Source: a virus
Lineage: Duplodnaviria; Heunggongvirae; Uroviricota; Caudoviricetes
Reading direction: 5' to 3' (one strand)
IMG/VR virus record: IMGVR_UViG_2909303794_000008
Length of the DNA: 38,381 bases
The position numbers and the translations under genes are program-made. Positions 10,145-18,845 of this stretch are shown here, piece after piece (position 1 is the stretch's first letter; each line of letters starts with the position of its first letter). Under the pieces are notes generated by a model. That model did no database searches. It was not told where the DNA came from and saw nothing but the letters and a program-made list of their open reading frames with translations.

Positions 10145-10711
10145 TCAGGGAGATTCATTGCTCTTATTTGCCGGAAATTTTCGATAAATGGTAGAAACGC
10201 CTACATCAAAAATCAGTGCAATACGCTGTCTTGATTCTCCGGCCTCGAGTAAACGCCCAATCTGTGCCCACTGTTCGCTGGTCAACTTAGGACGGCGTCC
10301 ACCTACTCTGCCTTTAACACGAGCTGCAGCCAGCCCTGCCCTGGTACGTTCAACTATCAGTTCGCGTTCCATTTCAGCCAGGGCACCCATGACATGAAAA
10401 AAGAAACGGCCCATTGGGGTACTGGTATCAATACTGTCAGTCAGGCTTCGGAAATTCACGCCACGCTGGCGCAACTCTTCTATCAGCGTAACAAGATGCC
10501 GCATACTGCGCCCCAACCTGTCCAGCTTCCAGACAACCAGCGTGTCTCCTGCCGATAGTGTTCTGAGCAGTTTTTTCAGTCCCGGTCGGTCGGACTTCGT
10601 GCCGCTGATTTTATCCTCAAAAATCCGCTCGCATCCTGCGCACTCCAGCGCGTTACGCTGCAATTCCGTGTTCTGGTCATTTGTTGACACGCGTACATAG
10701 CCAATAAGCAT
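10145..10711 (-). CDS. serine DNA invertase (Pin/Gin/Cin/Hin family)
   Basis: MLIGYVRVSTNDQ N-terminus with catalytic Ser, resolvase core and C-terminal HTH; start set to second ATG (10711) with better spacing to the AGGGGG SD; sits 56 bp outside crossover site A. Confidence 0.9.
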   Translation of the reverse strand: MLIGYVRVSTNDQNTELQRNALECAGCERIFEDKISGTKSDRPGLKKLLRTLSAGDTLVVWKLDRLGRSMRHLVTLIEELRQRGVNFRSLTDSIDTSTPMGRFFFHVMGALAEMERELIVERTRAGLAAARVKGRVGGRRPKLTSEQWAQIGRLLEAGESRQRIALIFDVGVSTIYRKFPANKSNESP

Positions 10712-10766
10712 GAGCATCCCCCTGAATAAAAACCGGAGATGATGCCAGTTGCCCGTTATCTCTGCA

Positions 10767-10792
10767 TTTTCATAAACGTTGGTTTGGGAGAA
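10767..10792. repeat. invertase crossover site A (gix/pix-like, 26 bp)
   Basis: ttttcataaacg-tt-ggtttgggagaa; its reverse complement matches site B in 15 contiguous bp (CTTCTCCCAAACCAA). Confidence 0.7.
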
Positions 10793-11152
10793 GCGGCAAA
10801 ACGGGATGTGGGGACAGGGGAAAATCAGATACCGGATATCTCCAACTTTCCATTTACAAAAAACAATCCTCTTAATTTTGAGTTACCAGGAGGATTAATT
10901 CTGAAAGCCGGGTATGGAAAGCTGACAACGCAGTCCAGTATCTGGATTAATTTCCCTGCAGCATTCCCTAATGACTGTATTGCCGGAGGAGCTTTAAGTG
11001 CGGAAGAGAACACAAATGACTATGTATTTGCTCAAACTACATCACGCAAAGCAGGAGGATTAACTCTGGCGTTTTATCGTGGGGGCATTAGTCAGCCACC
11101 AACAGCCAATTCCAGAGAACTTTCTTTCTCGTGGTTTGCGATAGGATATTAG
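10781..11152 (+). CDS. alternative tail-fibre C-terminal variable domain (silent orientation; would fuse to H after inversion)
   Basis: the codons GGT TTG GGA GAA (GLGE) are in frame at both crossover sites, so inversion gives an in-frame H constant-variable fusion; the track ORF 10739-11152 starts outside the segment. Confidence 0.6.
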   Translation, partial: GLGEAAKRDVGTGENQIPDISNFPFTKNNPLNFELPGGLILKAGYGKLTTQSSIWINFPAAFPNDCIAGGALSAEENTNDYVFAQTTSRKAGGLTLAFYRGGISQPPTANSRELSFSWFAIGY

Positions 11153-11153
11153 A

Positions 11154-11594
11154 ATGAGAATTTTTTTCAGTGCATCAACATTGTGGTTTTATGATGAAAC
11201 TCGCAAAGAAGAATATCACAACGGTATTGGATGGCCAGATGATGCTATCGAAATATCAGATGATGAATGGAATAAATATACGCAAATTCCTCCTGATGGT
11301 TTTATATTAGGTGCCACCTCTCAGGGAAGACCTGCATGGATATTAATATCTCCGCCAGATAAAAAAATGGTTATGGATATTGCTGAAACTAAAAAACAGC
11401 AGTTAATTAGCCAGGCCAATGAATACATGAACAGTAAACAATGGCCCGGTAAAGCCGCTATTGGTCGTCTGAAAGGCGAGGAACTGGCGCAATATAATTT
11501 GTGGCTGGATTACCTGGACGCACTGGAGCTGGTTGATACCTCCAGTGCTCCAGATATTGAATGGCCTACGTCTCCGGCAGTTCAGGCCAGATGA
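11154..11594 (+). CDS. tail fibre assembly protein (alternative copy, Tfa')
   Basis: 146 aa directly after the alternative fibre end; C-terminal LDYLDA...DTSSAPDIEWP motif shared with G. Confidence 0.7.
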   Translation: MRIFFSASTLWFYDETRKEEYHNGIGWPDDAIEISDDEWNKYTQIPPDGFILGATSQGRPAWILISPPDKKMVMDIAETKKQQLISQANEYMNSKQWPGKAAIGRLKGEELAQYNLWLDYLDALELVDTSSAPDIEWPTSPAVQAR

Positions 11595-12168
11595 CATCCG
11601 GCGCTGTGCTGGTATCTGTTGCCGTCACCGCGTCAATGTAATCCAGCACAGCGTTAAGCCGGGTTGTTTCTGCCTGCGTCAGTTTACGTCCGGCCTGCAA
11701 TTTCAACTGAATCAGACTGACGGAAGCCATTGCTGCATCAATTAGTGGCTGGCGCAGTGCTTCTGCCGCGTCTACTGCGGCATTATGCTGTGCCTCAGTA
11801 TCTGTCACCCATTTCTCACCATCCCATTCATCGTATGGCGTTAACGGAGCGATAGTGGTCGTATTTTCATGATAATCACCCGGACCTGTGATTTCTTTCG
11901 ATTCTCCTGTTTCGGTGCTATAAACGATTTCACCGCGATGGTCTGGCACATATTCCCATGAGTTTAAATCCATCGAACGGCAGATAGCATAACCCGCCTT
12001 ATGTGTGCCAGGGGCATCTAAACAGGAATATGCAGGGATACCGACACCAATGGCAAGATATTCATTTGAAGTGGAAATATATTCCCGAGTTTCACCATCA
12101 TAGTTATAGACGGTAATATTCCCCGCCTTCGTGGCAATAAGCTCGCTATTTAATACGGCGTTATCCAT
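11566..12168 (-). CDS. G: tail fibre assembly protein G (active orientation)
   Basis: 200 aa directly after H (1-nt TAATG overlap); C-terminal LDYIDA...DTSTAPDVIWP motif. Confidence 0.8.
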   Translation of the reverse strand: MDNAVLNSELIATKAGNITVYNYDGETREYISTSNEYLAIGVGIPAYSCLDAPGTHKAGYAICRSMDLNSWEYVPDHRGEIVYSTETGESKEITGPGDYHENTTTIAPLTPYDEWDGEKWVTDTEAQHNAAVDAAEALRQPLIDAAMASVSLIQLKLQAGRKLTQAETTRLNAVLDYIDAVTATDTSTAPDVIWPELPET

Positions 12169-13667
12169 TATGCAGCCCTCACGATATAGTTAAATGCAAT
12201 ATTTCGTGGACGGGTTTCACTCCCGCCGGGGAGCTGAAAAGCGTTGATAATCCCACCGCTTGCCTGACTTATTCCATCCGTGTACAACCCGCCACCGGCA
12301 CTGTCGCTGAGTGCAAATGTTTTTGATGGTGAACTGTTTGAAGCTGGCCCCCAGTATTTTAATGCGAGCTTTCTGACTTCATCACTCTGAATACTCAATA
12401 AAGCACGCCCTGTATCAATGCCGCGCCCATCATCCCAGCCACGAATAAACTCACCACGTAAATCAGGCAATTTATTTGTCGGATAAGCCTTTGCCAGTTC
12501 CGGGTATTCTTCAGCAGAAAAAGCTGCACCGTTGCATTTCAGCCAGCCTGTCGGCGGAGTGGCTGAAGGCCATGGAACAGGGACACCAACAGGTAATGCC
12601 GAACCTTCTCCCAAACCAAGGTATGTGAGAAGACCAGCTACATCCTTTCCACTCAAATTAGTCAGCGTATTGTCCAGCGGTTGTTTACCTGCCAGTGCAT
12701 TAAGCATTGTCGTGGCAAAGTTTGGGTCATTCCCCAGCGCCGCCGCCAGTTCGTTCAGTGTATCCAGTGCCGCAGGTGCAGAACCTACCATTGCCGCAAT
12801 CGCCGATTTCACAAAAGCCGTAGTGGCAATCTGTGTATTGTTGACCGACTGTGCCGCAGTAGGTGCTGTTGGCGTTCCGGTGAGTGCCGGACTCGACAAC
12901 GGCGCTTTCAGTGCCAGCGCATTGTTAATGGTGGTACTGAAATTCGGATCATTGTTAATGGCTGCGGCTATTTCTTTTAGCGTGTCCAGCGTGGCTGGAG
13001 CACCATTAATAAGGGCCGTCAGTGCCGCCTGAACAAACGCGGTGGTCGCAACCTGCGTGGTGTTATTCCCTGCCGCTGGCGTTGGCGCTTTTGGTGTCCC
13101 GGTAAACGTCGGACTTTCTTTCTGTGCATACTGTGAATGCGGGTCCGGTGCGGCAAGATGTTTTGCCATCTGATCATCCACGTACACCTTCAGCTCCAGT
13201 ACCTTGTCATCCACATACTTGCGGGTTGCCAGCACTACGGCAGGGTCGATTTTCAGGGTGATATTGTCCGTGCTGCTGGTAATCAGCACCATGCGCACGG
13301 TCTGGGTACGCCCGCTGCCTTCAGCCAGTTGCGGTTTATAGCTTTCCGGGCAGTTCCCCACGGCAATCAATGCCCCTGACTCATCAAACAGGCCCACTTC
13401 ACGTATCCACCAACCGCCCTCGTTTTCAGGGATCACCTGTTCAGCAATAATCTGGCTGCTGTTCTGCGGGTCGATATAGAGCATATTCAGCGCAGCCCGG
13501 CGTTTCTCATTTACCAGTGCCGTCTGCTTTGCGTCCGGCGTCGGCAATGCTCCGCCGCCATCGCCCACCGCCATATGGGTAATTTTTAGCGGCACACCGA
13601 GCGCGGCGGCGCTGGCAAGTTTCGCCGCGCCAATATCCGTCAGCAGGGTATAAAATTTTGTGCTCAT
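12168..13667 (-). CDS. H: tail fibre protein H
   Basis: 499 aa with conserved N-terminus and repeated Ala/Thr-rich segments; crossover site B lies at codons 351-354. Confidence 0.9.
   Translation of the reverse strand: MSTKFYTLLTDIGAAKLASAAALGVPLKITHMAVGDGGGALPTPDAKQTALVNEKRRAALNMLYIDPQNSSQIIAEQVIPENEGGWWIREVGLFDESGALIAVGNCPESYKPQLAEGSGRTQTVRMVLITSSTDNITLKIDPAVVLATRKYVDDKVLELKVYVDDQMAKHLAAPDPHSQYAQKESPTFTGTPKAPTPAAGNNTTQVATTAFVQAALTALINGAPATLDTLKEIAAAINNDPNFSTTINNALALKAPLSSPALTGTPTAPTAAQSVNNTQIATTAFVKSAIAAMVGSAPAALDTLNELAAALGNDPNFATTMLNALAGKQPLDNTLTNLSGKDVAGLLTYLGLGEGSALPVGVPVPWPSATPPTGWLKCNGAAFSAEEYPELAKAYPTNKLPDLRGEFIRGWDDGRGIDTGRALLSIQSDEVRKLALKYWGPASNSSPSKTFALSDSAGGGLYTDGISQASGGIINAFQLPGGSETRPRNIAFNYIVRAA
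12606..12631. repeat. invertase crossover site B (inside H)
   Basis: ttctcccaaacc-aa-ggtatgtgagaa; inverted copy of site A; resembles gix-type half sites. Confidence 0.7.
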
Positions 13668-14269
13668 GGATTCACTCTCATTGTGTCAATAACATGGACC
13701 GCCCCGCCTTCATGCGCGGTGCCACCGGAAATAATCGTTTCGTTGATATACGGATAGATCGTGATTTCTTCGCCAAGATAGCTGGCGGCTCCCACCCAAT
13801 GCGGGCCGCTGGTCTGCAGATTGATGGACATGCCGATCATGTGGCGGCTACATGGTTTGGCATCGCTTATCAGTCGCTCAAGTTCCAGATAGGTATCTTC
13901 AGTAATGCCCTGGTCCTGCACGCCGATATCCAGGCGAAACGTGCCCGGTGCCTCTCCGGTCTGCCACCACTCAATAATGCGGATCAGAAAGCCGAACGGC
14001 TCCACCACCCGCCGCACGGCACTGGTGGTCCCTTTATGCTGATGAATATAAAAAGCATCCTTCACCACCTGGCGCTTGACGCTTTCTGTCCAGCTCTCGT
14101 CCCAGCGATCCACAGAGAACGCCCAGGCGAGATAAGGCAGGAAACTGACCGGACAGGTTGCCGGATTCCACAAGTCACGCAGCGGCACCTGCAGATCAGA
14201 AATCCCACTGCAGGTTTGCGCCAGTCGTCGCTCCAGTGAAGTTGAACCCGGTGGCAGCAGACTATTCAT
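13664..14269 (-). CDS. I: baseplate protein I
   Basis: 201 aa; overlaps J and H ends; P2 gpI position. Confidence 0.8.
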   Translation of the reverse strand: MNSLLPPGSTSLERRLAQTCSGISDLQVPLRDLWNPATCPVSFLPYLAWAFSVDRWDESWTESVKRQVVKDAFYIHQHKGTTSAVRRVVEPFGFLIRIIEWWQTGEAPGTFRLDIGVQDQGITEDTYLELERLISDAKPCSRHMIGMSINLQTSGPHWVGAASYLGEEITIYPYINETIISGGTAHEGGAVHVIDTMRVNP

Positions 14270-15170
14270 CCGTTCCTCCGTTGGTCACGCTCCACTGCGT
14301 ACATGATGCCGCCTGCGTTTTGTTCAGAACCACATCCGCCAGCGGGGAAGCCAGCTCCACACGCTGCACACCCTCAACATGCAGAGCGGCAAAAATGGCG
14401 CTACGGCGAATATCCCGACCCAGCCGCGTCTGACTGGCGATGTACCTCTGCAGGCTGGCTTTTGCCGCTGCCATTACCGGCTCTGCTTCCGGCCCCGGAT
14501 AGAGAAAAATGGTGGCTTCCACGCGATACGGGATGATTTCTGCGCTGCGAACCGTCAGACGGTCAGCCACCGGGCGGACGTTCTCACTGTTCAGGGCGTT
14601 CTCCACCACATCCAGCAGGTCTTTTTCTGCAGTTCCATCGCCTTCGCGGCTAAGAACAGTCAGCACCACCTCTGCAGGTGCCGGGCTGGTTGCACTGGCA
14701 TCCGCCACCCGACCGTCGGCGCTTCGTGCATGAAATTCATAAGCTGCAGTTGGCCCCGCAACTGAAAGCCCTTCAAAGGCTGCGGGCACACGCAGGCGTA
14801 ACGCTTCATCGCTTTCCATCACAGCCGCAACGGGCGGCACAGCGTCATTATCAGCAGGCGTCACCGTCAGGCGTTTCACGTTGTAGTTGGCAGCGAGCTG
14901 GTCAAGATCGCCGCCCATCGCGTAAGCCACCATCACCGCCTGCGCGGCTTCGTTAATGCGCTGGCGCAGAAGCAACTCACGGTAAGCGTTCTCCTGCAAC
15001 AATTTAGTGGCGGGTTCAGATTCCAGTTCCAGCGTGCGGATCACTGCTTCCTGCTCATCTTTCGGATGAAGCGCCACAAATTCTGCCTTGCGTTCGGCAA
15101 GCAGCGTCTCAAAGTCCGGCACATCCACAATCTGCGGTGCAGGCAACTGCGAAAGGTCAATCACTGCCAT
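14262..15170 (-). CDS. J: baseplate protein J
   Basis: start moved to internal Met (MAVIDLSQLPAP), giving 302 aa, the expected gpJ-like length. Confidence 0.8.
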   Translation of the reverse strand: MAVIDLSQLPAPQIVDVPDFETLLAERKAEFVALHPKDEQEAVIRTLELESEPATKLLQENAYRELLLRQRINEAAQAVMVAYAMGGDLDQLAANYNVKRLTVTPADNDAVPPVAAVMESDEALRLRVPAAFEGLSVAGPTAAYEFHARSADGRVADASATSPAPAEVVLTVLSREGDGTAEKDLLDVVENALNSENVRPVADRLTVRSAEIIPYRVEATIFLYPGPEAEPVMAAAKASLQRYIASQTRLGRDIRRSAIFAALHVEGVQRVELASPLADVVLNKTQAASCTQWSVTNGGTDE

Positions 15171-15516
15171 TCTCTGCTCCTGTTGATACGGAAAGGGACA
15201 CAGGCACACCGTTATTCCGCCGCCCGGTCAGCTCCACCACCATTGAACCGTCAAAATTGCTGTTGATGGTGATGGAATCCAGCGTCAACCGTGGCTCCCA
15301 GCGACTCAGCGCCACATACACTGCCGACATGACCTGCAGGCGTAATGCCGGATTTTGTGGCTGATCTATCAGTGCCGACAGCAGGGAACCATATTCCCGG
15401 CGGGCAATACGGCTACCCTGCGGTGTCAGCAGAATGTCCCGCACCGACTGGCGCAGATGATCAATATCAGTAATGACTTTGCCGCTGGTATTGTTCATCC
15501 CGCTATAAAGCGTCAT
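15157..15516 (-). CDS. W: baseplate protein W (gp25-like)
   Basis: 119 aa between V and J. Confidence 0.85.
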   Translation of the reverse strand: MTLYSGMNNTSGKVITDIDHLRQSVRDILLTPQGSRIARREYGSLLSALIDQPQNPALRLQVMSAVYVALSRWEPRLTLDSITINSNFDGSMVVELTGRRNNGVPVSLSVSTGAENGSD

Positions 15517-16091
15517 ACCGGGCCTCCGGTTGTATCGCCGCCTTTCAGGACGCCAGTATGCTGATGCGCATCAACCACGATCCCGTTAGAACTCATCGCT
15601 CCGCCGCCCTGGGTAACGCCACCATTGATCACCACTTCGCTGTTAATGCGCGTGTGGTCAGCCTCCAGTACAAACTCACTGGTTTTCATGGTGATGTTGT
15701 CAGCGGCCTCAATGACCATTGATTTGATGCCCCTGACATACCAGCGCCCGGTGGCGGGTTCGTATTCAAACCAGCCACCGTCAGGATGTTCTGTCACGCA
15801 GGCGTCCGCCGACGTCGACGGTGGCGCGAACTGATTCGAATAGATGGCGGGTAACGCAAAGGCGGTTTCCAGATTGCCGCCCAGACTCAGCAGCACCACC
15901 TGCTCACCTTCCGATGGTCGCCACCATGTGCGGGTATTCCCGGCACGCAGCGTCAGCCAGCTGATCCAGTTGGTTTCAAGCTCGCCCGTTTTCACCCGGC
16001 AAAGCCAGTTTTCCCTGTCCACTTCGGTGACTACCCCTGTGCGGATCAGGTTGGTGATAAGGCGCATGATTTCGGTTAATTGTGCGTTCAT
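15513..16091 (-). CDS. V: baseplate spike/assembly protein V
   Basis: 192 aa; N-terminus MNAQLTEIMRLITNLIRTG resembles P2 gpV; ATG at 16091. Confidence 0.85.
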   Translation of the reverse strand: MNAQLTEIMRLITNLIRTGVVTEVDRENWLCRVKTGELETNWISWLTLRAGNTRTWWRPSEGEQVVLLSLGGNLETAFALPAIYSNQFAPPSTSADACVTEHPDGGWFEYEPATGRWYVRGIKSMVIEAADNITMKTSEFVLEADHTRINSEVVINGGVTQGGGAMSSNGIVVDAHQHTGVLKGGDTTGGPV

Positions 16092-16137
16092 AGGGAAAGG
16101 TTGCCATCAGGGGAAGAAAGGCGGCAGTGCTGCAACT

Positions 16138-16155
16138 TGTATCAGTGCTGATACA
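16138..16155. promoter_or_regulatory. TGT-N12-ACA dyad (Ogr-type activator site) upstream of V
   Basis: tgtatcagtgctgataca, nearly perfect palindrome in the S-V gap; centre ~55 bp from the V ATG. Confidence 0.5.
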
Positions 16156-16159
16156 AAGA

Positions 16160-16606
16160 TCACCCCGCCAGCCATTGCAGAATCATGTCGCGGGTCATTG
16201 CCTCAACATCATCATTTACACCCAGCAGGCGGCGCTCTGCGTAACGGACCTCCGGTCCTTTGCGACTGACGCGATCACGCAGGCCGTAATGGTGAACACG
16301 GGCAATACGCTGCACCTTGCCTTCAAACTGTACGCTGGCAGAGTCGGCGCTGGCGGCAGTTTTCAGGTATTTTGTGGTGCGCAGCTTTGCAAACATCTGA
16401 CGTTTGATGCGCCCCTTCTTGCTGCGTGCTGTTACCCTGCGCGGTTCATAACTGCTGCCATCTGGATTGCGCTGCATCCTGATATTCTGCTGCTGTGTCC
16501 GGCGCAGTTCCTGCACCAGCTGGCGCATCATGCGGCTTCTCGTGGCTGGTTCCAGATTCGCCAGCAAGGCACTCAGCCAGTCGTCCACCTTCTGCAGTTC
16601 AGCCAC
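16160..16606 (-). CDS. S: tail completion protein S
   Basis: 148 aa; P2 order R-S-V. Confidence 0.8.
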   Translation of the reverse strand: MAELQKVDDWLSALLANLEPATRSRMMRQLVQELRRTQQQNIRMQRNPDGSSYEPRRVTARSKKGRIKRQMFAKLRTTKYLKTAASADSASVQFEGKVQRIARVHHYGLRDRVSRKGPEVRYAERRLLGVNDDVEAMTRDMILQWLAG

Positions 16607-17051
16607 GTTTCACCGTCCACATTTCTTCAGGTTCATCGGGTTCTGCTACAGCTTCAACGCTCGACACACTGCCGTCAGTGCTGACCAGCACACGTTCCGT
16701 CAGTTGCAGGTTAAGGCTGATATCACAGACATCGTTGCGCAAAATATCCACATCAAAGGTGAATAGCTTTTCCCGTAACGCCGGGTTATTGATGGCATCG
16801 GGCTGGTTATCCCGAAGCCACAGTAAAACCGGGGCCATCAGCAGATTCTGGTCGCCGCTGAAATCCTCTATCACCACGTTCAGGGTGTAGCGGTACTCCC
16901 ATGACATGGAGCTGGCCCCCGTGGCAACCAGCGAACCGTTATCCACAAACAGATGCAGTTTGTCCGGGTTATTGCGGACATAAGGCACCGCTTTATTGAG
17001 GGCGTGGCGCAGGGATTGTGGTTTGTTCACTGTTTCGCTCCTGACACGCAA
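16599..17051 (-). CDS. R: tail completion protein R
   Basis: 150 aa; follows the lysis genes as in P2. Confidence 0.8.
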   Translation of the reverse strand: MRVRSETVNKPQSLRHALNKAVPYVRNNPDKLHLFVDNGSLVATGASSMSWEYRYTLNVVIEDFSGDQNLLMAPVLLWLRDNQPDAINNPALREKLFTFDVDILRNDVCDISLNLQLTERVLVSTDGSVSSVEAVAEPDEPEEMWTVKRG

Positions 17052-17283
17052 TAATCATGTCCACTTTGTCTGCACAGACCGCCCAGGCGGCCTCCGTTTC
17101 ATCCAGCAACGCGTTCAGGTCACCGTTAGTGCGCGGCGCTGCCTGCCCCAGCCGACACGGCGTCACTCGCGGACAACCACTGACGGTAAGCTGCACCTCC
17201 GGTGAGTGTGGGGCGTTCCCGCAGCCGGATAATGTCAGCAGGCAAAGGAGTATCAGCCCAGCGGCGTAAATCCTCGTTCTCAC
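16993..17283 (-). CDS. lysC: LysC-like outer-membrane lipoprotein (Rz1-like spanin component), nested out of frame in lysB/R
   Basis: signal peptide plus lipobox LTLSGC near the N-terminus, Pro-rich body; start codon not verified. Confidence 0.5.
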   Translation of the reverse strand: MRTRIYAAGLILLCLLTLSGCGNAPHSPEVQLTVSGCPRVTPCRLGQAAPRTNGDLNALLDETEAAWAVCADKVDMIIACQERNSEQTTIPAPRPQ

Positions 17284-17554
17284 GTTTCAGTTCCTCAATC
17301 CGGTGTTGTCGTTGTCTCAGTAGTGCGCTGGTCTGTTCTGCGTCGGCATAGAGTCGCGCCTGCTCCCGGTTGTTGGTTTCTGTCAGAATGGACAGGCTGA
17401 TAAGCTGGCTGTTGCTCTTTGCCAGTGCCTGGCTTTTGCTCTGCAGCTCATCTGCCTGCGTGCTGATGGTCTGGCTGGCATCAGCCAGCCGCCACGTCTG
17501 CCAGCCCAGCGCCGCCAGTAATAACGCCAGCACAACCAGCAGCAACCGGTTCAT
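17126..17554 (-). CDS. lysB: LysB-like (Rz-like inner-membrane spanin component)
   Basis: 142 aa, N-terminal TM helix then coiled coil. Confidence 0.7.
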   Translation of the reverse strand: MNRLLLVVLALLLAALGWQTWRLADASQTISTQADELQSKSQALAKSNSQLISLSILTETNNREQARLYADAEQTSALLRQRQHRIEELKRENEDLRRWADTPLPADIIRLRERPTLTGGAAYRQWLSASDAVSAGAGSAAH

Positions 17555-17928
17555 GCTGCTACCTGTTGCGCCATCTGATTACGGGTGTTCCAGAAGGCAA
17601 TAACGGTCAGTAGATAAAAGACCAGGGTAAGAGCCCACCCCGTCCAGGCGAGACTGACGACAATCAGCAATCGCATCATCCAGCTGATAAATACGTTTTC
17701 TTTTCGGGTAATTGTCTTCAGCAAAGATGCCCTCAACTCCTGCCAGAGCGGGCCGTTCTTAATTAACGCAGCCAGTGATACCGGAATTACTGCCCATGTC
17801 AGCAGACAGGCTACCCAGACACCAGATGCTGCCAGTACCGGAAAAATCCCCTGCGGATACACCATTGCGGCGATTAACAGCGCTATCCATAACATCAGAA
17901 ACAGCCCGCTGATTACTTTCTTTTTCAT
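17551..17928 (-). CDS. lysA: LysA-like membrane protein (lysis timing)
   Basis: start set to ATG at 17928 (MKKK), one nt after the K stop and preceded by GGGAG; multi-TM. Confidence 0.6.
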   Translation of the reverse strand: MKKKVISGLFLMLWIALLIAAMVYPQGIFPVLAASGVWVACLLTWAVIPVSLAALIKNGPLWQELRASLLKTITRKENVFISWMMRLLIVVSLAWTGWALTLVFYLLTVIAFWNTRNQMAQQVAA

Positions 17929-17929
17929 T

Positions 17930-18442
17930 TCAGTTTGCTCCCTGTAAGCACCAGGCCATCTCCCGCGCACGGCGGTTATCCAGCCCCTGATTAAACACAC
18001 CTTTTACATACACCCAGCGCGGCAACTGTCGGCACGCATCCGCCCAGCGCCGCTGATTGAGCAATTTCACCAGCGTGGAACTGCAGGCATTGCCCGTACC
18101 CACGTTGAAGGCAAACGACACCGCAGCGTCATACACCTTCTGCGGCGGCTGTTGCTTCACACACCTTTCCAGCGCCCGCTCCACACGCAGCACGTTGGAG
18201 ATCAGCCCTTCTGCTGCCTGTCGCTCCGTAATGGTTTTGCCGGGAATGACGCCCGACGTATTACCAATGCCGTCGGTCCAGACACCCGCGCTGCACTGAT
18301 ACGGCTGCAGACGACAACCTTCGTAATCGGCAATCAGTTTCAGCCCTTCCACGGAGGTGTGAAGCTGCTGAAAACCCGGCAGCGTGGCAGCAATAGCCAG
18401 CACGGCCCCGACAAGGCAGCGTTTAACGATTGATGGATTCAT
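17930..18442 (-). CDS. K: endolysin (lysozyme-like, with N-terminal hydrophobic signal-anchor-like segment)
   Basis: 170 aa; EGxxLxAYxD...GVWTDGIGNT lysozyme-type motifs; N-terminal LVGAVLAIAATLPGF. Confidence 0.8.
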   Translation of the reverse strand: MNPSIVKRCLVGAVLAIAATLPGFQQLHTSVEGLKLIADYEGCRLQPYQCSAGVWTDGIGNTSGVIPGKTITERQAAEGLISNVLRVERALERCVKQQPPQKVYDAAVSFAFNVGTGNACSSTLVKLLNQRRWADACRQLPRWVYVKGVFNQGLDNRRAREMAWCLQGAN

Positions 18443-18638
18443 AGTCCTCCCGCGAGATCTGCCCGTCGCGCAGAAGCTGGTAGGCTTTGTGTTTGTAGTA
18501 CCAGTTGATAGCCAGCATCAGCACACCGATCATCAGGCCGCCCAGCGTTGAGGCATCCTTGATGGACAAATCGCCCAGCCAGGCCAGCACGACGGCGATG
18601 CAATACGTGATAAAGGCGCTGATTCGCTCAAGCGTCAT
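18423..18638 (-). CDS. putative holin (small two-TM protein with charged C-terminus)
   Basis: 71 aa, two hydrophobic segments, Lys/Arg/Asp-rich tail; sits in the holin position between X and K. Confidence 0.5.
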   Translation of the reverse strand: MTLERISAFITYCIAVVLAWLGDLSIKDASTLGGLMIGVLMLAINWYYKHKAYQLLRDGQISREDYESINR

Positions 18639-18641
18639 AAT

Positions 18642-18845
18642 TCAGTCCCATAGCTGGACGGTCTGCACGGTGGTGGTTGTCGGAATGTCCGGCAGCTCCA
18701 CCTGCAGCCCGTGAGGTAAAAAGGGGCCGTATTCGGCAAGCCCCGGATTTGCCTTCAGTACCTGCTCCGTGACACCCTGCGTGCGCCCGTAATGACGCCA
18801 GCAAAGTGCGTCCACCGTGTCATACTGATGCGCACGCACTTTCAT
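18642..18845 (-). CDS. X: tail protein X
   Basis: 67 aa; size and position match P2 gpX. Confidence 0.8.
   Translation of the reverse strand: MKVRAHQYDTVDALCWRHYGRTQGVTEQVLKANPGLAEYGPFLPHGLQVELPDIPTTTTVQTVQLWD

Larger units (their letters stand above)
10780..12618. mobile_element. invertible tail-fibre host-range segment (~1.84 kb)
   Basis: bounded by inverted crossover sites A and B; contains two alternative fibre C-termini and two tail-fibre assembly genes in opposite orientations. Confidence 0.7.

Noticed and set aside
10739-10780. Track ORF start at 10739 for the alternative tail-fibre fragment
   Set aside because: This ATG lies outside the invertible segment between the invertase gene and crossover site A; the biologically meaningful reading frame is the in-frame continuation from H after inversion, so the upstream 14 codons are probably incidental.
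12532-13032. 166-aa and 99-aa plus-strand ORFs
   Set aside because: Antisense within tail fibre gene H; repetitive Ala/Ser/Cys-rich translation.
16127-16890. Plus-strand ORFs of 185, 99 and 131 aa
   Set aside because: Antisense to S/R, which are in conserved P2 order.
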